Positions 11,054 through 21,075 of a stretch of DNA of 64,000 nucleotides are shown one piece after another. The position numbers and the translations under genes are program-made. The DNA is from a virus (taxonomy: Duplodnaviria > Caudoviricetes): IMG/VR virus record IMGVR_UViG_3300024493_000235, positions 1 through 64,000 of that record; one strand, given 5' to 3'. Position 1 is the stretch's first letter, and each line of letters starts with the position of its first letter. The notes beneath the pieces were generated by a model that had not been told where the DNA came from, did no database searches, and saw only the letters and a list, made by a program, of their open reading frames with translations.

Positions 11054-12475
11054 CTATCCTTGCCAGCCAAACAAATTATTCATTGTTGCTTGCTTTTGTT
11101 CAAACGATCCTAATTGTGGATTTAAATATTCTTTAAATCCTCTTTCATCCGAGATACCCGTAAGATGAGAAAAATATTCTTCACCCAAAGACTTTATTAC
11201 GTTTTTCTCTTCGGATTTATTTCTGTGGTTATTATGAAGATATGACGAAGTCCCATTTAACAGTTGTCCTGGGAACGACTGGTGTCTTTCTTCCATATCA
11301 AAGAGTATCGGATTGTTTACAGTCTCAAGAGCTACAAATAATCTTAATGTCGGAGCATACTCTGATATAAAGCTAATTGTAACTAATGCAGGGGTTATAC
11401 TCATTTTGCAATATAAGTTTCCTACATATTGATGAAACAAACCTCTTTGAGCAATATTCTTCATCATTTCAACCACATGCATGATTTTGTTATTATAGTC
11501 TGGAATATGAAGAAGAGGATCCTTGATATTTGGAATATACTCATGCCGCGGAATATCAATAGCTCCACGATATGAATCCATCACAAGAACTATGTGCTTT
11601 GGCATTAAGATATTCAATACCCCGTGAGCAAAATAATTGAGTTGTAAGATTACAGAGCTCATATCAGCGAATGTCGGTTTTCCCGCTGCTTGCGAATAAC
11701 TGTGAATATTATCAAAAGCTTGAAGTCCTTTATTGTTTATACTAAACTGCAAGAACTCAGGATTCTTAGCATCATTGGTTACAAGTGCATCTGAACATCC
11801 TGCAGGATCACATGTCCAATTTTCACAGAAAGCAGATCTGTCATCGAAGAACCAATCTGCATCTCCTATCTGGTTTGCTGCAAAACCCGGATCACAAGTC
11901 TTTAATGCAAATATCTGTGGAGCTAACAATACTAAGCCTTTATCTGCATCAAGCAAATCCTGTTTTGTGAAGTATGAATCATATTCGTGCGGATCTTTAT
12001 CAGACAATTTTCCTGCTACGATTGAAGTTTGAATAAGGCCGTCTTTTGTGTTCATTTCTATTCTGTGAACAGCCGCAACCCTTGATCCTTGTGGATCCAC
12101 AAAGATATTATTCTTTAAGAACACTCTTCCTAAAGAGACAAGTCTATCAAAGTCTTCTCTTTTATAATTCGTATCCTGAAGGACCCTCTTTTCAAATCCT
12201 CCATATGTCGTTAGGTACAAATCGTCACCCTCTGAATATCCGTCATCATATGCATCCATCGGTAATACCTCCTCATTTGGGCAAAGCATTTTAAACATTT
12301 TTACCGGATTTACAGGCATTAATAGCACACATTCCTTCCAGCAATTAGATAGCGCGTTTTGGTACATATTGTACTCTTCATATTCTCTTATTTCACGTAA
12401 TTTGAGGAGATTGTTTCTTTCGAAATGATTGGGAACTCCTTTAGGGAGTTCCCTTTGTTTATGTTTTGTTGTCAT
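11054..12475 (-). CDS. Hypothetical protein
   Basis: Long ORF; start at 12475 gives an ATGA overlap with the upstream stop. Confidence 0.7.
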   Translation of the reverse strand: MTTKHKQRELPKGVPNHFERNNLLKLREIREYEEYNMYQNALSNCWKECVLLMPVNPVKMFKMLCPNEEVLPMDAYDDGYSEGDDLYLTTYGGFEKRVLQDTNYKREDFDRLVSLGRVFLKNNIFVDPQGSRVAAVHRIEMNTKDGLIQTSIVAGKLSDKDPHEYDSYFTKQDLLDADKGLVLLAPQIFALKTCDPGFAANQIGDADWFFDDRSAFCENWTCDPAGCSDALVTNDAKNPEFLQFSINNKGLQAFDNIHSYSQAAGKPTFADMSSVILQLNYFAHGVLNILMPKHIVLVMDSYRGAIDIPRHEYIPNIKDPLLHIPDYNNKIMHVVEMMKNIAQRGLFHQYVGNLYCKMSITPALVTISFISEYAPTLRLFVALETVNNPILFDMEERHQSFPGQLLNGTSSYLHNNHRNKSEEKNVIKSLGEEYFSHLTGISDERGFKEYLNPQLGSFEQKQATMNNLFGWQG

Positions 12476-13125
12476 ATCATTTTCTTCACCATTGCACAAC
12501 CATGATAGTATGTATACGTTGTTTCCGTTGTACACATCTTTTCTATGGCTTTGAAGGTTACTTTCTCCAAAAATCGTAGTCTACTTTTAGATAATATAGA
12601 CTTTATTTTGTCTTTGATATATACGTTAGCAATTATTTTCCCATTTGGTGAGGACCTAAGCATGTCCTTTGTATGCTGAGCAAACGTCGGAAACGATATC
12701 ACACGAAAAGCTACAAGTGACGTAAGATTCTTATTTTGTCCTGTACGGTCTTTTTTCTTCGGTTTTGCAACTTTGTATACGGCTATAGTAAACAAACCAG
12801 TCTGATCTTCTGTTATTCCACGGAATGATACAGAGATAATAAAATCTCCTTTTATTGCATGGAATACAAATGATTTTTTACTTACGAGTAAGTCATTTCT
12901 TAAGAATGATTTCTTTCGAAATACATAGATAGGTTTCTTTGTAGAACCTTTATAATTGCAGATTATTTTAGCATAACCTTTTAAAGGAGGCCTATTTGAA
13001 ACTAAGCCTCCTTCTTCACAAAATGCGATTTTGTTCTGTTTAGTATTAACAAGAGCTGGTTGCATGTATAATGGGACTTCCAATTTTCGTTTTGTTTTTT
13101 GGTTATTCGGCCGTTTTTTATCCAT
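12472..13125 (-). CDS. Basic hypothetical protein
   Basis: 217-aa Lys/Arg-rich ORF; GGAGG RBS; early-type motif 13149-13158. Confidence 0.65.
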   Translation of the reverse strand: MDKKRPNNQKTKRKLEVPLYMQPALVNTKQNKIAFCEEGGLVSNRPPLKGYAKIICNYKGSTKKPIYVFRKKSFLRNDLLVSKKSFVFHAIKGDFIISVSFRGITEDQTGLFTIAVYKVAKPKKKDRTGQNKNLTSLVAFRVISFPTFAQHTKDMLRSSPNGKIIANVYIKDKIKSILSKSRLRFLEKVTFKAIEKMCTTETTYTYYHGCAMVKKMI

Positions 13126-13185
13126 ACAACCTCCATTCTTCTACTATGATTATATATACATATAATCATAATTGAGATTTTATTT

Positions 13186-13497
13186 TTACTGCTTAAAAAC
13201 GAGTACCTGAACAACCTTATCAAGGTCGAGAAAATGCATCATCGGCATTTGTGGGCCTTGCTGAGTTTGAATATTTTGGGAATACTTAAGGGTATTCGTA
13301 TCCTCATCAATTGTCCACGGTTCAGGAATTTCAACACCTTCTTGAGGTTTAGGAGGTTTTCCATCCAGTGACAATGCCGTAGTAAATATAATGTCCCTTC
13401 CGTCGTTTAACTTAAGACCGTAAAGATATCGTTTATCTGGTTTTCCGTTCTCTTTTGGAAAAGTATCGATAATTTTCTTTATATTTGTGAGTGTCAT
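13186..13497 (-). CDS. Small protein homologous to a domain of 21076-21945
   Basis: YLYGLKLNDGRDIIF..W.IDEDTNTL..GPQ...HFLDLDKVVQVLVF matches FIYGFKVTDGKDVIF..WKVNRDANSI..GPQ...HYLDIDKITEVMVF; late-type motif 13529-13540. Confidence 0.7.
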   Translation of the reverse strand: MTLTNIKKIIDTFPKENGKPDKRYLYGLKLNDGRDIIFTTALSLDGKPPKPQEGVEIPEPWTIDEDTNTLKYSQNIQTQQGPQMPMMHFLDLDKVVQVLVFKQ

Positions 13498-13568
13498 AGC
13501 ATTTTCTCCTTATAAAATGATTGAACTTTATCAAGATGTTTTGGGCTATAATTTATAAAAAATAAAGA

Positions 13569-13592
13569 AATAGCCGCATTTCTGCGGCTATT
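13569..13592 (-). terminator. Terminator hairpin
   Basis: AATAGCCGCA-TTTC-TGCGGCTATT with T-tract on the minus strand. Confidence 0.65.
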
Positions 13593-13603
13593 ATATCAAA
13601 ATA

Positions 13604-14125
13604 TCATTCAACTTTAATGTACGTATGGATCTCTGCACTCTCAAGATAGTTGGATAAATATTTTTGGAAACCTTTTTGAGGATAATTTATTTTTCCCGAT
13701 TGTACATATTTAATCCACCATTTGCCAGTGGATCCGCAAATTTTTATTCTAACACAATGTACATAATCAGAAGCAGGATTATCATACGGCTTTATCATTC
13801 CAAGAATTTAGAATTGATTCAGGCCGCAATCAAGACGTACCGCACACGGATCATAAATCGCAAGTCTCGCGCGATAAAAGGAATATCCTTTTCCTTCACC
13901 ACAATCTGTGATATTTAGATTGCTTTTATGTCTGTGCCATATAAAAATAAAAGTATCCTGTGTTTCTTTTATATAGTCAGTAACTACAATCTGTTGTGAA
14001 GGATGTTTATCCTTTCCTTCTTCTTTGTTCCATAGTGCGTCATACGAATTTTTATACTCATCACCAACACCATGATATTCGTGTTTAAATAAAAAATCTT
14101 CTGGATCTAGCGGATTTTTAGGCAT
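13604..14125 (-). pseudogene. BrnT-like paralogue interrupted by an in-frame TAA (13808-13810)
   Basis: N-part aligns with 14168-14830 (HG.GD.YK.S..A.W.K.E..KET...F.F.W....SN.NI...YSFYRAR.A..D.C); the frame continues past TAA as ILGMIKPY..YVHCVRIKI. Confidence 0.55.
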
Positions 14126-14167
14126 GTTTATTATCCTTTTGATTTTTTTATAATCATACTATGATGA

Positions 14168-14830
14168 TTATATTATACGATAGGTTAGACCGTCATCATT
14201 CTCATCCTCGTCAGATTCTTCATCATCCAAATTTGTTTCCGAAAGAGGTACGTAGACAAATCCGAATTTTTTACATTCAGTTTCGGCTGCCTCAAATGAC
14301 ATCCATTTAAGAACATTTTCATCATATGCATGTTCTTCTAATAGTCTTATCATTTCAGCATAGCAGCATCGTCTATCCACATACGGTATAATCTGTTCAT
14401 CCATTATATCTACAGAAAATGCCGAAATAATGCGTATTCGACCGTCCTCTTTTTGTTTTGTATGTATCACGATTCCGATTTCGTCATACATTTGACTATG
14501 TTCATTTTTATATACTCTGCCTACGAATGCGGTTTGTGTGTCTCGAAATTTTTCTTCTACGATCTCCGGGATCTCTAATCCACATCTGTCAGAAAATGCT
14601 TTTCGTGCACGATAAAAACTATACGGGTCATGTCTGCTAAATTCAATACGTTTTTCGATATTAGCATTACTATCACCTCTTTTCCAGACAAAATAAAATA
14701 ATTCGCCTGTTTCTTTTGCTCGATCGTCGATTTGTACATCTTGATCCTCAGGACCTTGTTCATCCTTTTTCCAAAACGCCTCTTCGGAGATCTTATAGGT
14801 GTCTCCGATACCATGAAATGTTGTTTCCAT
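14168..14830 (-). CDS. BrnT-like (RelE-fold) ribonuclease toxin with extensions
   Basis: FVW...SNANIEK....SF..A..AFSD...AFVGR...IVIHT....GRIRIISA matches the BrnT signature; acidic C-tail. Confidence 0.6.
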   Translation of the reverse strand: METTFHGIGDTYKISEEAFWKKDEQGPEDQDVQIDDRAKETGELFYFVWKRGDSNANIEKRIEFSRHDPYSFYRARKAFSDRCGLEIPEIVEEKFRDTQTAFVGRVYKNEHSQMYDEIGIVIHTKQKEDGRIRIISAFSVDIMDEQIIPYVDRRCCYAEMIRLLEEHAYDENVLKWMSFEAAETECKKFGFVYVPLSETNLDDEESDEDENDDGLTYRII

Positions 14831-14859
14831 ACCTTGATTATATATATTCAAAATTGTGA

Positions 14860-15069
14860 TTATATTTTAGATATTCCTTCCACAGTTTCTAAGTACGTTT
14901 TCAGCATATGTACGTACTGTTTATTCCGCGACCTTGATTCTCTCTTTGCAAGTTCAGCTATTTTATCAGCCATTGATTCGGGAAGTCTAATCCTGAACTC
15001 GGTTTCGTATTCCTTGTCTTCGGATAACAACTTAGACCTAAGACTAAATGGGTTCTTTTCTGGATTCAT
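14860..15069 (-). CDS. Arc-family ribbon-helix-helix DNA-binding protein
   Basis: FRIRLPESMADKIAELAKRESRSRNKQYVHML is an Arc-like RHH pattern. Confidence 0.75.
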   Translation of the reverse strand: MNPEKNPFSLRSKLLSEDKEYETEFRIRLPESMADKIAELAKRESRSRNKQYVHMLKTYLETVEGISKI

Positions 15070-15071
15070 TT

Positions 15072-15287
15072 TTAACCCTCCTGACCTATATATTTTTCGA
15101 TATCTTTTAACAATGTATCTGTTTCATATCCACTGATACATATATTTGCGACGCCTCTTTTCTTTGCAAAACGAATGGCGGTAGCCAATGTTTCTATGGT
15201 CATATTTTGAGCTTGTACTTTAACATGATGACACGGTCCGTCAGTAGCAAACTGAATACGAATATCTTCTATCGCTTCTATTGTCAT
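15072..15287 (-). CDS. Small hypothetical protein
   Basis: 71 aa; AAGGAG RBS; early-type motif 15312-15321. Confidence 0.6.
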   Translation of the reverse strand: MTIEAIEDIRIQFATDGPCHHVKVQAQNMTIETLATAIRFAKKRGVANICISGYETDTLLKDIEKYIGQEG

Positions 15288-15349
15288 AATTCATCTCCTT
15301 ATTCTGGTATAATTATATATATATTTAAAGTATACATTATACTAATAGG

Positions 15350-15472
15350 ATGCCATCAGAAAAAGACTTTGATATCGAACGCGAGATAATCAAAAGCGTT
15401 GAAAAACTTAATTACGATAATTATCAAAGTCATAGCTTTCATGTACTTGCAAAAGAGTTTAACTTAGAGTAA
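15350..15472 (+). CDS. 40-aa hypothetical peptide (not in ORF track)
   Basis: MPSEKDFDIEREIIKSVEKLNYDNYQSHSFHVLAKEFNLE*; TATACATTAT at 15331-15340 upstream, terminator downstream. Confidence 0.4.
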   Translation: MPSEKDFDIEREIIKSVEKLNYDNYQSHSFHVLAKEFNLE

Positions 15473-15477
15473 CATAC

Positions 15478-15506
15478 AATCCCCGGGCCACTATGGCCTG
15501 GGGATT
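15478..15506. terminator. Bidirectional terminator with GGCCACTATGGCC core
   Basis: AATCCCCGGGCCA-CTA-TGGCCTGGGGATT. Confidence 0.7.
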
Positions 15507-15511
15507 ATGAT

Positions 15512-15643
15512 TTATTTCTTTTCGTCGCGTATTTTTTTATTGAGCCTATGTGCGATTACTGCAACTGATATAGTGACAATAATCTGTAAGATATTAACCA
15601 CCAGTATCGAAAATGATAAGTATTGTACAGGTATATTTTCCAT
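15512..15643 (-). CDS. 43-aa single-TM membrane peptide (not in ORF track)
   Basis: MENIPVQYLSFSILVVNILQIIVTISVAVIAHRLNKKIRDEKK*; AAAGGA RBS right after the C1q-fibre stop. Confidence 0.55.
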   Translation of the reverse strand: MENIPVQYLSFSILVVNILQIIVTISVAVIAHRLNKKIRDEKK

Positions 15644-15654
15644 GTCCAAATCCT

Positions 15655-18600
15655 TTAATCTGGATATATCGCAGTGATACAGAAGTTTGAAACACTGTTA
15701 GGATCTACGCCTGTCTGTGCTATAGCACAATAAATCCAAAATTCGATTATATCATTTTTTTCAAGATATATCTCATACGACAAATCAGGTGCAAGTACTG
15801 TTGGAGAAGCTGGCATATAAAAGTTTCGAGCAATGGCGTCTTGTGTAGTGATAACTTGTCCTTGTGGTACATTTTTTGACAAAGCGATATAACAATATGT
15901 TTGTTGATTATTTACTCCTCCATAGCGAACGGAAAATCGATATACGCCCTCTTTTGGAACAACGAATCTTCCATTTGCATCGATAGTAGTTGTATCACCT
16001 CTATTTGGTACGTACTTAACTCGTGTCCATATTAAAGCGGCAATAGACGAAAGTCGTTCCATACTACCTGATACATGAAATGGTTTAGAATCTTTCCCGG
16101 TAATAGGAACGAAGTTAAACCGTGAAAAATTTGAACTGGGAGTTGTTGTTTGCGCAACGTTTGTAAATACCCATACTTCAATTTTATCATCTTTCTGCAG
16201 GTATTCTACCGTGGTAAGTGTTTGTGTATATATCACATTAAACGATCCTCGTGCTATAACACAGCTACCTTGTATACTTCCTGCTGGATTATTTTTTGTT
16301 ATATAAAAATATGATTCTCCAGTTGGAGTTGTAGCAACACGTTCTAGGAAAGCTGATAACATATAGTTTCCTGATCGAGGTGCAATATATACTCCATTTA
16401 CAATATCTTGAGTATTTCCTACATCTGCTATAAGGGGAAAACGGGTAACAACACCTGCAGATATAGGTATCGATTGGTCTATATGACCTCGTACACCAAG
16501 TGTGATAGGTTCATCAAGTATCGCTTTTCGTGTAATAGAGAAGTTAGACACATCTATTGAATGAGCGGAAGTTTGTGTAGTATGGCAATATATCCATAAT
16601 TCGACAATATCATCCTTTTGAAAATATCCAGAATAGGTTATCGGATTAGTGAATGCATTAATTTGATCGGTACGCGTCGATATAGCAGCAGATAACGTTT
16701 TGTCTGTATTTACCGATTGTCCTGCTGGATTATTTTTTGATAACCTCATCATGTTAAAATAAGTACTTGTTGCTCCTTGTATATATCCGTAGTATGCATA
16801 TATATCATAAAAACCATCCTCAGGTACTACGAATGCACCTTGAGCATTGATAAGATTTTTAAACCCTTGTGTTGGTATGAACTTAACTTTTGTAAACGTA
16901 TTTGCTGTAATAGCAGTTAATTGCTGTATTTTACCTAATACGGCAAAAGGACCTAAGCAATCAAGAGTTCCAAATAATTGTTCTGAGTATTCGTTCGCTT
17001 CTGCTTTTGCGGTTACAATATCTTCACGTATATCACTGTGGGTAGTTTTTGATATATTATGTGCAGACAAAAGTCCTTGTAATGAGCTGGCTAAAGAGGT
17101 TAGTTCTTCGGTAAGATCATCATACGATATTCCGTCACTTCCGCCTGAACCTACAGGGCAAATAGTAAAATGCGAATAATCGCTTGAATATTCTGCTGAT
17201 TGCGCAGATGATGTATATATCCAGAATTCAACTTTATCACCTTTCTGAAGGTGTTTCGTAATAGTTGCAATCGGCGTCGCCCTAGTATTTCCTGACGCAG
17301 GACATTTTAATGGAAAGAATCCTTGTGTACATGCATTAGTCTTTGTAGGAGGATTCGTAGGATTATTAATCGTAAAGGTAACCCATATATCGACAGCAGT
17401 TGTATTTATAAATCCGTAACACGCGGATAGTATATAGTCTCCTGTCTTAGGGACTATAAAAACACCATTTACAATATCTTGTGTTTTTCCTCGTGTCGGT
17501 AAAAATTTAGCTCGTGTCCAAGTATCAGCAATGATTGAAGTAAGCTGTTCAATAGTTCCAGAGATACCGTTACTCATAGGTTCATCAAGCCATGTTTTAA
17601 GGGTGAAGGCAAAATGAGATACATCTTTAGAGGGCTTTGCAGATTGCGCGACATCTACATATATCCATAATTCGATTATATCTCCTGCACGTAAATATAC
17701 ATGCGTCGAAAGTACGGTAGAATGTTTTAATGTGGCGTTATTTCTTGCTGCAGTGCAAGTAGCTATAAAATAATCCCCGTTGCAAGTTCCAGCAGGATTG
17801 TTTTTAGTAAACGCAAAGATTGATGCGTTAGTTGCTGCATCTAATGTTCCGTAATATGCCGATAGATCGTATATGCCATCTTTCGGAACAACAAACTGTC
17901 CACTGGCATTAATATAATCGGTAAATCCGTTTGTTGGTATAAACTTAACTCGTGTCCATACATTTAATGTTAAAGAAGTAAATTGTTGTAAAGTACCCCA
18001 TACACCGAGAGGTCCTGAATATTCTGCATCGTGAAATAATTGATCAATATGTTGTCTATTCACAAGATCTTTTGCATCAAGTTCCTCGTGTAAAACAGTA
18101 TGTGCTAAAGGATCGCCGTTGTGAGCAGTAGTTGTATCTTCTGCAATTTGGCGTACTTGAGATTCAGTAACATCTCCTATACCAGAACCGTTTCCAGATA
18201 TTGGACATATGTTAAACCATGATTCGTTTCGTGCATTAGCAGTATTTTGTGCTGTTGTACTATATATCCATACTTCGATTTTATCACCTTTCTGAAGATA
18301 CACGGTAAATGATATATGAGGAAGTGTTTGATCACCATGAGATGATCCGATTCGTTTATTCCAGTCGGCGTTTCCTGCAGGATTATTTTTAGTACAGAAA
18401 AACCATGCTGATGTGGAAGTTGAACCGAGTACTCCATAATGAGCTGAAATACTATAAATACCTGTTTTAGGAACAATAAACGCACCGCTAGCGTCGATGT
18501 CTTGTGTATTACCTTGTGTTGGAAGAAACTTTACTCTAGTGCCAGAACTGGCAACTATAGAAGTAAGTTGTTGTATTGTTCCTCTTACCCCTCCTGTAAT

Positions 18601-20262
18601 AGGTTCATCAAGGTATGCTTTCTTTACAATAGTAAAATTAGATGTATCATTAGCTGAAGCTTGTGTTTGCGCAGTTATTACGCGAATCCAGCATTCAACA
18701 ATATCTCCTTGTTGCAAGAATTTACTTACTGAAAGTACTGATGTTCCACCCGTAGCAACCGCTGAAGATTGAATGGTTTGAGCTATTTGATATTGAGATG
18801 TAAGAGCTCCTGCCGGGTTATTAACTGAGAAAAACATTCTAAAATCAGTTGTCGGTGTTCCTAATACCCCATAAAATGCTGATATATCATATATACCATC
18901 TTCAGGAACTATAAATTGTCCTTGTGCATTTACAAGATTAGTAAGGCCGTTTGTAGGAACAAATTTTACTCGTTCTGAATTATTTGCGGGAAACGATGTA
19001 TGTTGTTCTAGTGTTCCGAATACACCGACAGCGCCAGTAAATTCAAAATCATCTATTACTTCTCTCGTGAATTCATTTGCCCGAGTTATTGCTTCTGTTT
19101 TTGCAGTGGATATAGTATTTTGTAAAGCTGTTGTGGCAGAAGAAATAGCGGCAGAGGCAGCAGATGCTACATCACTTATTTCCTGACGTATTGCAGGATG
19201 TGATGCAGCATCCTCGTTATGTGCATTTAGTGCATCTTCGATCGCTTTCAGTACTTGAGAGGTAGTGACATCACCACCTCCGATCTCTCCACTTACTAAT
19301 GGAGTAATAAAGAATTTCGAAGTATTGGTAGCTTGAGCTGTCGCATATGCGACATCTGTATATAACCAAAATGATATGGTGTCTCCTTTTTGAAGGTGTT
19401 CGATAGTAAAAACTGTATCTGTTCCTCCAGAATTACCCGAGAATGAGCGAGAAATAATATCTCCCATAGTGGTATTATCAGGATGATTTTTTGAGATATA
19501 CTGATACGAATTTGATGTAGCAGTTCCTTTTGCACCGTAATACATCGATATAAGATAATCTCCTGTTTTCGGAACTATGTATACACCATTTTTAACGTCT
19601 TGGGTATTTCCATTTTGCGCAATAAGATCGACCCTTTTTCTGGTATTTGCAACGAAGGTTGTCATCTGGAACTGTCCGCGAACTCCCTGCGTTAACGCTT
19701 CGTCAAGATACGCGTTCAGTACAATCGAGAATGAAGAATTTCCGGTCATTGCGGCCGATTGAGCTGTGTCAACCCATATCCACAATTCAATGACATCGCC
19801 TTCATGTAAAAATAAAACCGCAGTTTCTGTTCCTGGTACTTTTGATTGTGTTGTCGAAGTTGTCGCAGTATTTGCCTTTGATATTGTACAACTCGAATTA
19901 AGAGCTCCAGCAGGATTATTTTTAGTAATACTGGTGTTACATACTGTAAAACTTGCAGTAACAAATATTCCGAGATATGCCGATATCGTATAAATACCGT
20001 CTTTCGGCACAATAAATTTTCCATTATCAATAGTGCCTTGTAAACCATTATCAGGCACAAATTTTACCCGATACCAGGTATTTGCAGTTATCGATGCGAT
20101 TCTTTCCGTCGTACCGGTAACTGCAAAAGGACCTCGTAATTCTATATCGTCGTGAACTTTTCTTTCGAGGGTCCTACCATCCCTCACCCGTAAAAGGTGG
20201 TTATCTTCGGTAGGAGCAGCCTCCATATTAATCTGATTTTTGAACGGAATAGAAGAAGCCAT
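15655..20262 (-). CDS. Large fibre with nine tandem C1q/TNF-like beta-sandwich domains
   Basis: Nine copies of G.(F/Y)(I/V)(V/A)P..G.Y.(I/L/F)S.. and L.KGD.(I/V)E.W; helical linkers with HN....H..IR tail-fibre motifs. Confidence 0.7.
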   Translation of the reverse strand: MASSIPFKNQINMEAAPTEDNHLLRVRDGRTLERKVHDDIELRGPFAVTGTTERIASITANTWYRVKFVPDNGLQGTIDNGKFIVPKDGIYTISAYLGIFVTASFTVCNTSITKNNPAGALNSSCTISKANTATTSTTQSKVPGTETAVLFLHEGDVIELWIWVDTAQSAAMTGNSSFSIVLNAYLDEALTQGVRGQFQMTTFVANTRKRVDLIAQNGNTQDVKNGVYIVPKTGDYLISMYYGAKGTATSNSYQYISKNHPDNTTMGDIISRSFSGNSGGTDTVFTIEHLQKGDTISFWLYTDVAYATAQATNTSKFFITPLVSGEIGGGDVTTSQVLKAIEDALNAHNEDAASHPAIRQEISDVASAASAAISSATTALQNTISTAKTEAITRANEFTREVIDDFEFTGAVGVFGTLEQHTSFPANNSERVKFVPTNGLTNLVNAQGQFIVPEDGIYDISAFYGVLGTPTTDFRMFFSVNNPAGALTSQYQIAQTIQSSAVATGGTSVLSVSKFLQQGDIVECWIRVITAQTQASANDTSNFTIVKKAYLDEPITGGVRGTIQQLTSIVASSGTRVKFLPTQGNTQDIDASGAFIVPKTGIYSISAHYGVLGSTSTSAWFFCTKNNPAGNADWNKRIGSSHGDQTLPHISFTVYLQKGDKIEVWIYSTTAQNTANARNESWFNICPISGNGSGIGDVTESQVRQIAEDTTTAHNGDPLAHTVLHEELDAKDLVNRQHIDQLFHDAEYSGPLGVWGTLQQFTSLTLNVWTRVKFIPTNGFTDYINASGQFVVPKDGIYDLSAYYGTLDAATNASIFAFTKNNPAGTCNGDYFIATCTAARNNATLKHSTVLSTHVYLRAGDIIELWIYVDVAQSAKPSKDVSHFAFTLKTWLDEPMSNGISGTIEQLTSIIADTWTRAKFLPTRGKTQDIVNGVFIVPKTGDYILSACYGFINTTAVDIWVTFTINNPTNPPTKTNACTQGFFPLKCPASGNTRATPIATITKHLQKGDKVEFWIYTSSAQSAEYSSDYSHFTICPVGSGGSDGISYDDLTEELTSLASSLQGLLSAHNISKTTHSDIREDIVTAKAEANEYSEQLFGTLDCLGPFAVLGKIQQLTAITANTFTKVKFIPTQGFKNLINAQGAFVVPEDGFYDIYAYYGYIQGATSTYFNMMRLSKNNPAGQSVNTDKTLSAAISTRTDQINAFTNPITYSGYFQKDDIVELWIYCHTTQTSAHSIDVSNFSITRKAILDEPITLGVRGHIDQSIPISAGVVTRFPLIADVGNTQDIVNGVYIAPRSGNYMLSAFLERVATTPTGESYFYITKNNPAGSIQGSCVIARGSFNVIYTQTLTTVEYLQKDDKIEVWVFTNVAQTTTPSSNFSRFNFVPITGKDSKPFHVSGSMERLSSIAALIWTRVKYVPNRGDTTTIDANGRFVVPKEGVYRFSVRYGGVNNQQTYCYIALSKNVPQGQVITTQDAIARNFYMPASPTVLAPDLSYEIYLEKNDIIEFWIYCAIAQTGVDPNSVSNFCITAIYPD

Positions 20263-20288
20263 AATAACCACCTTTTACATTGGGATTT

Positions 20289-21032
20289 TTAGACGGGATT
20301 AACCTGCGCATGAAGCATCAAGGTATATTTCTTCCCATCTTCAGGGGCAACGCCGAAATATACTCCGACGTTATCTTCGTCAATTCTTTTGAATACTGCG
20401 ATAACAGTCTCGCCAGAATCTTCATCCACGAGTTCATGGATGATATTTTTAGTTCCAAGAGCGTGTTCAATTTCAAACCCGGTTTCTTCACCATCACCGA
20501 CAAGTTCAATGACAAATTCAACAACTTTGGTAACATCGACGATGACCTTGTTGAATTCAATGATTGAAGTATCTAGGGTGAATGGGGTATCTGGGGCAGA
20601 AAGCTTCCAATTACTTCCGGCATGAAGGGTGCCTTCACGTACCGGAATAAGAGTCCCGTTGCTAATTTCCTTGGACTCGTTGAAATTATCTGCCCTTTTC
20701 ATTTTCGCTTTGGTTGAAGCGCTTCCTGCATCGATAACAATGTATACGCCGTTGTACTGTTTGTCATCAAGACCGGCTACAATGAGGCGATCTCCAACAC
20801 CCAAAGGAACGCCATCGGCAACAAGCTCGCCGTCATCATCGAGGGTAAGTGTTTGAGTTGCCGAATTGTAAGTTACGTCAACAGCTTCGTTGAAAACTGC
20901 GCGTACGGATTCTGCAGTGTTCGCCTCGATATATTCCTTCATGTCCTTAAGACGGACAAGATGGGTTTCTTCGGTTGGCGGCACTTGCATGTCGATTTGA
21001 GTTAAATACTTCAAAGATAAAGTATCAGCCAT
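20289..21032 (-). CDS. Phage structural/fibre-associated protein
   Basis: DGVPLGVGDRLIVAG......NGVYIV motif typical of phage fibre/decoration proteins; IEHALGT C-terminal domain; AAGGAG RBS before ATG 21032. Confidence 0.55.
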   Translation of the reverse strand: MADTLSLKYLTQIDMQVPPTEETHLVRLKDMKEYIEANTAESVRAVFNEAVDVTYNSATQTLTLDDDGELVADGVPLGVGDRLIVAGLDDKQYNGVYIVIDAGSASTKAKMKRADNFNESKEISNGTLIPVREGTLHAGSNWKLSAPDTPFTLDTSIIEFNKVIVDVTKVVEFVIELVGDGEETGFEIEHALGTKNIIHELVDEDSGETVIAVFKRIDEDNVGVYFGVAPEDGKKYTLMLHAQVNPV

Positions 21033-21075
21033 AGTAGTCTCCTTAACAAAAGATATCGGTCTCAAAAAAAACCGA

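Noticed and set aside
15655-20262. CRISPR-like or nucleotide tandem array
   Set aside because: Repeats are degenerate, in-frame protein domain repeats, with no identical direct repeats plus spacers
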